A DNA stretch of 32,000 nucleotides. Source: Nostoc sp. LEGE 12450 (GTDB taxonomy: Bacteria; Cyanobacteriota; Cyanobacteriia; Cyanobacteriales; Nostocaceae). Location of the stretch: the NCBI RefSeq assembly GCF_015206895.1, contig NZ_JADEXU010000074.1, positions 1 to 32,000 of the forward strand. The letters run 5' to 3'. The notes under the pieces were generated by a model, which was not told where the DNA came from, ran no database searches, and saw nothing but the letters and a program-made list of their open reading frames with translations. The translations under genes were made by a program, and so were the position numbers. This document shows, one piece after another, positions 9,054-16,537 of the stretch (position 1 is the stretch's first letter; each line of letters begins with the position of its first letter).

Positions 9054-9596
9054 TTGATTTTTACTCTTGTGGCTAAAGACAATATTCCTAAGTCGAAGAT
9101 TCCAGACGCTCTTGATGCTCTACGCGCTTTGGGTGCTAAAGAATTAGATGATATCCCAGCACGAGCAGCTATTAAAAAGATGCGCCGTCAAATTGAGCGG
9201 GTGCTTCGTCTCGGATATAGCTACGAGGAAGTGTCTAAAACTTTAGCCCCTTTGGATATCAACATCAGCCCTGAACGTATCCGTTATTTACTTAACGATA
9301 TTCGTCGGTCTACACGCAAAAAGTCAGTTACTACTCCAAGTCTTGAGAATACTAGTACACCAGTTATTGATGAGCCGGCAGTTAGTGAGGATTCGACTTC
9401 TGAGCAAAGCACTAATCAGTCTGTTCAAAAATCAGAACCAGAATCAAAACCAGAATCAAAACCAGCTTCTTCAAAATCAACAACTACTAAAACTCCTAAA
9501 ACGGCTAAAAAGACCTCTGATGCTAAGGCTCTAGAGAATCAAAATTCCTCTCGCCTTGCTTTTGTGCCTGAAATAATAAACGACGAGGATTTGTAG
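9054..9596 (+). CDS. Hypothetical protein, possibly a DNA-binding partner of the ParA-like ATPase. It has a low-complexity K/S/T/P/E tail.
   Basis: TTG-start ORF immediately followed by the ParA-like gene (TAG then ATG). The segment IPARAAIKKMRRQIERVLRLGYSYEEVSKTLA looks HTH-like. The tail reads KSEPESKPESKPASSKSTTTKTPKTAKK. The start codon is uncertain. Confidence 0.55.
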   Translation: MIFTLVAKDNIPKSKIPDALDALRALGAKELDDIPARAAIKKMRRQIERVLRLGYSYEEVSKTLAPLDINISPERIRYLLNDIRRSTRKKSVTTPSLENTSTPVIDEPAVSEDSTSEQSTNQSVQKSEPESKPESKPASSKSTTTKTPKTAKKTSDAKALENQNSSRLAFVPEIINDEDL

Positions 9597-10376
9597 ATGG
9601 TAGTCAAACCTAAACAATCGGATGACCAAGTTCAGGAACAAAAGGCAACTGAACAGCCAAAAAATCTTGGGCGCTTGGTGTTGGTGACTGGTGATAAGGG
9701 CGGGACTGGTAAAAGTGTCATGGCTAGAATCCTACTCGACATTTACCGCCACAGAAATATTAACTGCATCGCTTACGAGTGTGACCAGTCTAATCCTCAG
9801 CTTTATCGTCATTACAACAAAGTCGCTCCTGGCGTGCAAACGCTCAAACTAAATCAGCGCGGTGGTGCTGATGCTTTGCAGGATGATTTAAAACGTTTAT
9901 CTCCTCAAGTTTCCCTTGTGGATCTGCCTGCTGGGGCTGCTGAGTATTTTGAGTCAGTCGCTAAGGATATTTTTCTGTTTCAAAATGCCCAGCGTTTGGG
10001 TTATCGCATCACTATGGTGTCGGTGCTGGGTCGGGTTAAAGATAGTCTGTTGCAGTTAAAACGGCTGGTGGATTTCTGCGGCGACAAAGTTGATTATGTA
10101 GTTGTGAAAAATCTTTACTGGGGTGATGAACACAAGTTTACTCGCTACAACAATTCTAAGATGAAGCAGGCTGTAGAAGCATTGGGGGCAATTGAACTGT
10201 TATTGCCTGAGTTGTATGACGATATTTTTGACCTCGTTGACTCCAAGGATCTAACATTCAGGGAGGCGTTAGAGCATGAGGATTTTAGTTTGAGTAATCA
10301 ATCGAGAGTTTATGGCTGGATTGATGCGGTTGAGACTGAGTTTTCTAAGGCGGCTGTACAGTTGGGGTTAGAGTAA
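9597..10376 (+). CDS. parA: ParA/MinD/VirC1-family deviant Walker-A ATPase
   Basis: LVLVTGDKGGTGKSVMA matches the KGGxGKS deviant Walker A. The size (259 aa) and plasmid context fit. Confidence 0.85.
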   Translation: MVVKPKQSDDQVQEQKATEQPKNLGRLVLVTGDKGGTGKSVMARILLDIYRHRNINCIAYECDQSNPQLYRHYNKVAPGVQTLKLNQRGGADALQDDLKRLSPQVSLVDLPAGAAEYFESVAKDIFLFQNAQRLGYRITMVSVLGRVKDSLLQLKRLVDFCGDKVDYVVVKNLYWGDEHKFTRYNNSKMKQAVEALGAIELLLPELYDDIFDLVDSKDLTFREALEHEDFSLSNQSRVYGWIDAVETEFSKAAVQLGLE

Positions 10377-11110
10377 TGGCTGTAAGTAATGGTAATGGCA
10401 ATGGTACGGTATCTCATTTAGATAGGTTGCTGTCAGAAAAGCCACCGGAATTTCAAGCGAAAGTGTTGCGGTTTGCTTTAGATTCTGGAATGAAACAAGA
10501 TGACCCAGCATTTCGACTGGTGCAGTACATTGGATATTTGGCGCAACTAACAGAAACTGCTCCGAATGATTGGAAGTTATTATTTGAAAATTTACAAGAT
10601 GAGTTAAACCAATGGAGTCAACTGACGGCGGAGCAATTGAAGGTTCAAGCCGACCACACGGAGAACATCAAAAATCTGGCGACCAGCTGCAATCAGCTAG
10701 GGACAGCCTTGAGCGCATTAAATCTAACATCTCAGCAACAACTCAAGCAATTGACGAGCTTAACCAAACTCTCCGAGAATTTGAACAATATCTCCCCCAG
10801 GCAACCAGAGACATTGAGCAAACCGTTGCAAGAACAATTGAACGAGATTCAGACGGGAATATCTCTATTGAACCAAAAAGACGTGGAATCAGTCGTTAAA
10901 GGTTGGACTAGAGCTATTAGAATCTGGCTTGTCTCTCCGATCTCATTTTTTATTCTGTTTTGGTTTTATTCACACATGACCCCAATCCCTACTCCTATTG
11001 AAACTACTGAGTCTCTACAGAAGATTTTGCAGAATACTGATTGGAGTAATGCCAAGCTTCAACGGGTTGAGAAAAAGTTGGGGACAGATCCAAACCGAAG
11101 ACGACGATAA
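10376..11110 (+). CDS. Hypothetical coiled-coil protein with a C-terminal transmembrane segment
   Basis: Its ATG overlaps the parA stop (TAATG). It has a Q/L-rich coiled-coil region and a hydrophobic stretch, IWLVSPISFFILFWFY. Confidence 0.7.
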   Translation: MAVSNGNGNGTVSHLDRLLSEKPPEFQAKVLRFALDSGMKQDDPAFRLVQYIGYLAQLTETAPNDWKLLFENLQDELNQWSQLTAEQLKVQADHTENIKNLATSCNQLGTALSALNLTSQQQLKQLTSLTKLSENLNNISPRQPETLSKPLQEQLNEIQTGISLLNQKDVESVVKGWTRAIRIWLVSPISFFILFWFYSHMTPIPTPIETTESLQKILQNTDWSNAKLQRVEKKLGTDPNRRRR

Positions 11111-11299
11111 AATTTGCTGTTGAAAACGCAATTTAAAAAAACTGGTCTGCATTACACGTTTTAGCCCAAACGTTGAATGCTGCATGAACTATGAGCCTAA
11201 AAAATAAGCTAACTAGAGATTTCTTCCATTAATTGCGTAATTTAGAACAAAAACCATGTACTAATAGTAGAATAAAACGTTAACCTTACGAGGTAGTAA

Positions 11300-11773
11300 A
11301 TGGAGCCATTAACTGCTGGTACGTTGATGCTTGCTTTCGTAGGAAGTAAACTCATTGATTGGTCAATTGGCAAAGCTTTTGATGCAGCTTATGACACAGC
11401 CAAGCAAGTTCTGGCAAAGAAATCTCCTGAAACGGCAGAGGCTTTAGCAGCCGCAGCAGAACAAGCTTCATTACCCGCCGCAGAGCGAAAAAATATTGGT
11501 GTTGCTGTTTTGGTAGATAAAGTAGAAAAAGTAGCGCAGGCAGATCCGGAGATTAAAGATGCAGTGGAAGCGTTAGGAAATCAAGCCTACGCCTCTGCAC
11601 AAGATAATCCTGCTCTGGCAAAGGCTATTCAAGAGTTAACACAAACCATTAAAGCTCAAAAACCACCCAGCCAGAACCCAGCCAAAATAGCGGAAACAAT
11701 CGGAATTAACGAACAGAATATTTCAGGTGGTGAGGTTGTTCAGCATTTTGGTTCAGGTAATATCCAAATTTGA
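11300..11773 (+). CDS. Small helical protein (157 aa) with an N-terminal hydrophobic helix (MEPLTAGTLMLAFVGSKLI) and a G/N/Q-rich tail. Candidate HeLo/Bell-like N-terminal module of NLR-like locus A (terminated form).
   Basis: ORF track. GAGGTAG lies 4 nt upstream of the ATG. It is a paralog of 1958-2389. It ends at TGA 11771-11773, in frame with the NB-ARC-TPR ORF. Confidence 0.75.
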   Translation: MEPLTAGTLMLAFVGSKLIDWSIGKAFDAAYDTAKQVLAKKSPETAEALAAAAEQASLPAAERKNIGVAVLVDKVEKVAQADPEIKDAVEALGNQAYASAQDNPALAKAIQELTQTIKAQKPPSQNPAKIAETIGINEQNISGGEVVQHFGSGNIQI

Positions 11774-14023
11774 CTACAGTCGCCCGAACGGGAACGGGTA
11801 AAGTTAAATCCCCCACAAAATATTCCTCCTAGTAGCACAGATAAATTTGTCGGACGAGAAAGAGAATTAGAACGCCTCCAACAACAGTTACAATCCAATC
11901 ATGCGGTGGTAATTGCTGCTGTGGAAGGGATGGGGGGAGTTGGTAAAACCGAATTAGCAATCCAATATTCACTACTAAATTTGCAGTTGCACAGCTACCC
12001 TGGCGGTATCTGCTGGTTAAGAGCTAGAGAGTCAGATATTGGGTTACAAATATTACAATTTGCTACAATAGACTTGGGTAAAAAGCCGCCAGAAGATTTG
12101 GAGTTACTAGAACGAGTACGTTGGTGCTGGCAACATTGGCGGCAGGGGAATACGCTAATAGTCCTTGATGATGTTAATAGTTACAGTCACATTGAACCGT
12201 ATCTACCACCCCAACCATCTCAATTTCAGGTACTAATTACTACACGCCTAAAGCTAGATTTACTTAGTTCTCTGTTTTTGAAAGTTTTATCAGAAACAGA
12301 CGCACTCTTGTTACTAGCTCAATCAATTGGAGAAGCAAAGCAAAACCAAGAATTAGCACAAGCCCAAGAAATTTGTCAGCGTTTAGGCTATTTGCCCTTA
12401 GCTTTGCAATTAGTCGGTAGGTATGTAAAGAGACACAAGATATCATTAGCTGAAATACTGCGACGCTTAGAGGAAAAAGGATTAGCTCATCCTTCGTTAG
12501 TTGTGAAAGAAAATGACCCCACTTGGAATTCAAATGTCAAACTTGGAGTAGCGGCGGCTTTTGAATTAAGTTGGGAACAATTAAGTAATGATGCTCAACA
12601 GTTAGGTTGTTTAGTAAGCTTATTTGCTTTAGCTCCGATTCCTTGGTCGTTGGTGAAACGTGCCGCTCCAGAGGAAGACCAAGAAGAATTAGAAGATGCC
12701 AGAGTTGAATTAGAAAATTTGCATTTGCTACAAGGTGAAAAAACTTATGAATTACATCAGCTAATTCGTGAATTTCTGAGAGACAAGCAAAAAAACTTAG
12801 CTACTGCGTCAGAGCAAAAGTCTCATTTCTGCCAAACAATGGTAGAAGTGGCAAAGGAAATTCCCTCTTCACCTACTCAAAAATTCATTAGTTCAGTCAA
12901 AGATGATATGCCACATTTAGCAGAGGTGGGACAAAATTTGATTGATGCAGTCACTGATGAAAACTTAATTTGGGTTTTTTATGGCTTAGATAGATTTTAC
13001 TCTGGACAGGGTTTATATACTCTAGCAGAACCTTGGGATGAGCTATGTGTATCAGTAGTAAAACATCGCTTGGGAGAAGAACATCCCAATGTCGCTACCA
13101 GTTACAACAACCTGGCTTTACTCTACTATTCCCAAGGGCGGTACAGCAAAGCCGAACCACTGTATCTAAAAGCTTTGGAACTCAGGCAACGGCTGTTGGG
13201 AGAAGAACATCCCGATGTCGCCACCAGTTACAACAACCTGGCTGTACTCTACCATTCCCAAAGACAGTACAGCAAAGCCGAACCACTGTATCTAAAAGCT
13301 TTGGAACTTTGGCAACGGCTGTTGGGAGAAGAACATCCCGATGTCGCTATTAGTTACAACAACCTGGGTGGGCTTTACCATTCCCAAAGACAATACAGCA
13401 AAGCCGAACCACTGTATCTAAAAGCTTTGGAACTTTGGCAACGGCTGCTGGGAGAAGAACATCCCGATGTCGCCACTAGTTACCACAACCTGGCTTTACT
13501 CTACTATTCCCAAGGACAGTACAGCAAAGCCGAACCACTGTATCTAAAAGCTTTGGAACTCAGGCAACGACTGCTGGGAGAAGAAAATCGCAATGTCGCT
13601 ACCAGTTACAACAACCTGGCTTTACTCTACTATTCCCAAGGACAGTACAACAAAGCCAAACCATTGTATCTAAAAGCTTTATTACTCAGGCAGCGGCTGC
13701 TGGGAGAAGAACATCCTGATATCGCTACCAGTTACCACAACCTGGCTTTACTCTACTATTCCCAAGGACAGTACAACAAAGCCAAACCATTGTATCTAAA
13801 AGCTTTATTACTCAGGCAGCGGCTGCTGGGAGAAGAACATCCTGATGTCGCCACCAGTTACCACAACCTGGCTTTACTCTACTATTCCCAAGGACAGTAC
13901 AGCGAAGCCGAACCACTGTATCTAAAAGCTTTGAAAATTGCTGAACTTAGCTTAGGGGTAAATCATCCCAGCACAGCCACTATCCGTAAAAATCGGAAAT
14001 ACTTGTGCAATAATTGCCTTTAA
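11774..14023 (+). CDS. NB-ARC (STAND) NTPase with a TPR sensor (NLR-like locus A body). The ORF track starts it at GTG 11906, but the conserved domain begins right after the TGA.
   Basis: Codons 11774-11905 are open, in frame and have no ATG/GTG/TTG. They encode LQSPERERVKLNPPQNIPPSSTDKFVGRERELERLQQQLQSNHA. Downstream motifs are GMGGVGKTELA (P-loop), LIVLDDV (Walker B), VLITTR and GYLPLALQ (GLPL). Seven 42-aa TPR units follow. Confidence 0.85.
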   Translation, partial: LQSPERERVKLNPPQNIPPSSTDKFVGRERELERLQQQLQSNHAVVIAAVEGMGGVGKTELAIQYSLLNLQLHSYPGGICWLRARESDIGLQILQFATIDLGKKPPEDLELLERVRWCWQHWRQGNTLIVLDDVNSYSHIEPYLPPQPSQFQVLITTRLKLDLLSSLFLKVLSETDALLLLAQSIGEAKQNQELAQAQEICQRLGYLPLALQLVGRYVKRHKISLAEILRRLEEKGLAHPSLVVKENDPTWNSNVKLGVAAAFELSWEQLSNDAQQLGCLVSLFALAPIPWSLVKRAAPEEDQEELEDARVELENLHLLQGEKTYELHQLIREFLRDKQKNLATASEQKSHFCQTMVEVAKEIPSSPTQKFISSVKDDMPHLAEVGQNLIDAVTDENLIWVFYGLDRFYSGQGLYTLAEPWDELCVSVVKHRLGEEHPNVATSYNNLALLYYSQGRYSKAEPLYLKALELRQRLLGEEHPDVATSYNNLAVLYHSQRQYSKAEPLYLKALELWQRLLGEEHPDVAISYNNLGGLYHSQRQYSKAEPLYLKALELWQRLLGEEHPDVATSYHNLALLYYSQGQYSKAEPLYLKALELRQRLLGEENRNVATSYNNLALLYYSQGQYNKAKPLYLKALLLRQRLLGEEHPDIATSYHNLALLYYSQGQYNKAKPLYLKALLLRQRLLGEEHPDVATSYHNLALLYYSQGQYSEAEPLYLKALKIAELSLGVNHPSTATIRKNRKYLCNNCL
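13070..13951. repeat. Seven 126-nt (42-aa) tandem TPR-coding repeats with very high nucleotide identity
   Basis: The unit start ttgggagaagaacatcc recurs at 13070, 13196, 13322, 13448, 13574, 13700 and 13826. Two consecutive units (about 13604-13860) are nearly identical over more than 110 nt. The protein unit is LGEEHPDVATSYNNLALLYYSQGQYSKAEPLYLKALELRQRL. Confidence 0.9.
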
Positions 14024-14159
14024 AGCTAGTGTAAGAGAGCGATTTTTTGCGGAGAAGATAGGTGACAATTAAGCTGGGATTTTAAGCGTTAATCATCCCA
14101 AAACCTTGAAACTTTGTAGACGCAAGTTTGGTGTAACGAACAGTGTGCTGAATATTGTT

Positions 14160-16355
14160 ATGGCTTCTCGTAGTAATCCACTTCGTGTCAACTTAGTTTT
14201 TGCAAACCTGATTCGTGGCAATCTAGGTGGTGCCTTTCGGATTCTTAAAAATTTGATTCGTGCCAATCTGATCTATGCCGATCTGCACCAAACCAACCTC
14301 AGCAGTGCTAACCTCAGCAGTGCCAACCTCAGCAGTGCCAACCTCAGCAGTGCCAACCTCAGCAATGCCAACCTCAGCAGTGCTAACCTCAGCAGTGCCA
14401 ACCTCAGTAGTGCCGACCTCAGTAGTGCCGACCTCAGTAGTGCCGACCTCAGTAGTGCCAACCTCAAGAATGCTAACCTCAAGAATGCTAACCTCAAGAA
14501 TGCTAACCTCAGTAGTGCCTATCTCTATGGTGTAATTTTCAACAAAAACACACAGATTGCTGTTAAATGGCGTTTGGTTTGGAAAATTGTTAATCAGGGA
14601 GTCAAAGATGGAGATTTAAGTAATACAGACCTCAGTGGTGTCAACCTCAGTGGTGTCAACCTAAGTGGTGTCAACCTAAGTAGTGCCAACCTCAGCGGTA
14701 CCAACCTCAGTGGTGTCAAGCTTTACCGTGCCAACCTCAATAGTGCCAACCTCAATAGTGCCAACCTCAATAGTGCCAACCTCAGTAGTGCCAACCTCAG
14801 TAGTGCCAACCTCAGCAGTGCCAACCTCAGCAGTGCCAACCTCAGTAGTGCCGACCTCAGTAGTGCCGACCTCAAGAATGCTAACCTCAAGAATGCTAAC
14901 CTCAAGAATGCTAACCTCAAGAATGCTAACCTCAGTAGTGCCTATCTCTATGGTGTAATTTTCAACAAAAATACACAGATTGCTGTTAAATGGCGTTTGG
15001 TTTGGGAAATTGTTAATCAGGAAGTCAAAGATCGAGATTTAAGTAATACAGACCTCAGTGGTGTCAACCTCAGTGGTGTCAACCTCAGTGGTATCAACCT
15101 CAGCGGTACCAACCTCAGCGGTACCAACCTCAGTGGTGTCAACCTTTACCGTGCCAACCTCAATAGTACCAATCTCAGTAGTGCCAACCTCAGCGGTACC
15201 AACCTCAGTAGTGCCAACCTCAGTAGTGCCAATCTCAGCAGTGCCAACCTCAGTATTGTCAACCTTCAGGATACTGATCTTTCAGGTGCTGATCTCCGCG
15301 ATGCTTATCTTTCAGGTACTGACCTCCATCGTGCCAACCTCAGCAGAGCCAACCTCAGCAATGCCAACCTTCGCGATGCCAACCTTCGCGATGCCAACCT
15401 TCGCGATGCCAACCTCAGAACTACTGACCTCGGTAGTGCCTATCTGTATGGTGTAATTTTTAACGAAAAGACACAAATTGGTAGCAAATGGCGTTTGGTT
15501 TGGGAGATTGTTAATCAGGGAGCCAAAGGTCGAGATTTAAGTAATGCCGACCTCAGCAGTTCCAACCTCAGCAGTTCCAACTTCCGCGATGCCAATCTCA
15601 GCAGTGCTAACCTCAACGGTGCTAACCTCCGCAGTGCCGACCTTCGCGGTGCCGACCTCCGCGGTGCCGACCTCCGCGGTGCTAAACTTTACGGTGTAAT
15701 TTTTAACGAAAAGACGCAAATTGGTAGCAAATGGCATTTGGTTTGGGAGATTGTTAATCAGGGAGCCAAAGGTCAAGATTTAAGTAATGTCGACCTCAGC
15801 GGTGCAGACCTCAGCGGTGCAGACCTCAGCGGTGCAGACCTCAGCGGTGCTAACCTCAGCGGTGCTAATCTCAGCGGTGCTAATCTCGGCGGTACTAATC
15901 TTAGTGATGCCGACCTCCGCAGTGCTAACCTCAGCGGTGCCTATCTTTACAGTGCTAACCTCAGCGGTGCCGACCTCAGAGGTGCCTATCTCTATGGTGT
16001 AATTTTTAACGAAAAGACGCAAATTGGTAGCAAATGGCATTTGGTTTGGGAGATTGTTAATCAGGGAGCCGAAGGTCGAGATTTAAGTAATGTCGACCTC
16101 AGCGGTGCAGACCTCAGCGGTGCTAACCTCAGCGGTGCAGACCTCAGCGGTGCAGACCTCAGCGGTGCTAACCTCAACGGTGCCAACCTCAACGGTGCCA
16201 ACCTCAAGAATGCTAACCTCAATGGTGCTTATATTTACAGTGCCAACCTCAACGGTGCCAACCTCAACGGTGCCAACCTCAAGAATGCTAATCTTGAAAA
16301 CACCTTATTTGATAGCAGTATAGGACTTAGAGATCGCATGAAGCATAACTTTTGA
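14160..16355 (+). CDS. Multi-module pentapeptide-repeat protein (six A(D/N)LSx blocks separated by five conserved linkers). The ORF is open from TTG 14106.
   Basis: Long runs of [15 protein letters not shown] pentapeptides. The linker AYLYGVIFN(K/E)xTQIxxKW(R/H)[17 protein letters not shown] recurs at about 14519, 14941, 15440, 15686 and 15983. ATG 14160 gives MASRSNPL... Confidence 0.85.
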   Translation: MASRSNPLRVNLVFANLIRGNLGGAFRILKNLIRANLIYADLHQTNLSSANLSSANLSSANLSSANLSNANLSSANLSSANLSSADLSSADLSSADLSSANLKNANLKNANLKNANLSSAYLYGVIFNKNTQIAVKWRLVWKIVNQGVKDGDLSNTDLSGVNLSGVNLSGVNLSSANLSGTNLSGVKLYRANLNSANLNSANLNSANLSSANLSSANLSSANLSSANLSSADLSSADLKNANLKNANLKNANLKNANLSSAYLYGVIFNKNTQIAVKWRLVWEIVNQEVKDRDLSNTDLSGVNLSGVNLSGINLSGTNLSGTNLSGVNLYRANLNSTNLSSANLSGTNLSSANLSSANLSSANLSIVNLQDTDLSGADLRDAYLSGTDLHRANLSRANLSNANLRDANLRDANLRDANLRTTDLGSAYLYGVIFNEKTQIGSKWRLVWEIVNQGAKGRDLSNADLSSSNLSSSNFRDANLSSANLNGANLRSADLRGADLRGADLRGAKLYGVIFNEKTQIGSKWHLVWEIVNQGAKGQDLSNVDLSGADLSGADLSGADLSGANLSGANLSGANLGGTNLSDADLRSANLSGAYLYSANLSGADLRGAYLYGVIFNEKTQIGSKWHLVWEIVNQGAEGRDLSNVDLSGADLSGANLSGADLSGADLSGANLNGANLNGANLKNANLNGAYIYSANLNGANLNGANLKNANLENTLFDSSIGLRDRMKHNF

Positions 16356-16537
16356 AGTTGTTCTACGTGTAATAGCTGGCGAAAACGCTATTAAAAACTT
16401 CGACTACGCAACAGCGATGCCCAGCATTGGCTCTCAAAAGGCTTTAAAGGTGAGGCTTTCAAGATGAAAGTAAGAAATGGCTTCACTCGTATTTCTTAAT
16501 CAGCATGGTTCAAGTAACGTTTCTCTGACGATGCTTT

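Noticed and set aside
11771-11773. Selenocysteine or an alternative genetic code as the explanation for the in-frame TGA (also at 1958-1960).
   Set aside because: Other genes in the window terminate at TGA (for example 23808-23810, 27570-27572, 16353-16355), so TGA is a normal stop here. I see no convincing SECIS-like hairpin directly downstream, and the Sec machinery is not expected in this lineage. Near-cognate readthrough is more plausible, although Sec cannot be formally excluded without a SECIS or selA/selB search.
11771-11773. A simple sequencing error or recent pseudogenisation of a fused gene.
   Set aside because: I do not accept this as the sole explanation. The diverged paralog at 1958-1960 has the identical TGA CTA CAG at the same junction, inside a conserved 38-nt block. 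It remains the main alternative and is listed under the refutation tests.
8260-13353. Internal or overlapping ORFs 8260-8598, 9343-9534, 10612-10899, 12264-12533 and 13045-13353, together with similar ones outside this span (3670-3870, 3728-3967, 4265-4513, 4660-5034, 5607-5825).
   Set aside because: Each is nested in an alternative frame or strand of a longer gene with clear domain motifs. Several are repeat-driven (for example the QNQNQN run).
14273-16323. Numerous ORFs on both strands and in alternative frames inside the pentapeptide gene (for example 14273-14497, 14275-14535, 14683-14958, 15058-15456, 15537-16040, 16090-16323).
   Set aside because: They are low-complexity shadows of the 15-nt periodic repeat (LALLR or PTSAV runs). 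The pentapeptide frame is the only one giving a continuous 700+ aa product with conserved linkers.
1-16355. CRISPR-array interpretation of the tandem repeats at 1-336, 6104-7385, 13070-13951 and 14280-16300.
   Set aside because: All periods are multiples of 3 (96, 183, 126, 15). They are in frame inside long ORFs and have no unique spacers. They are coding repeats.
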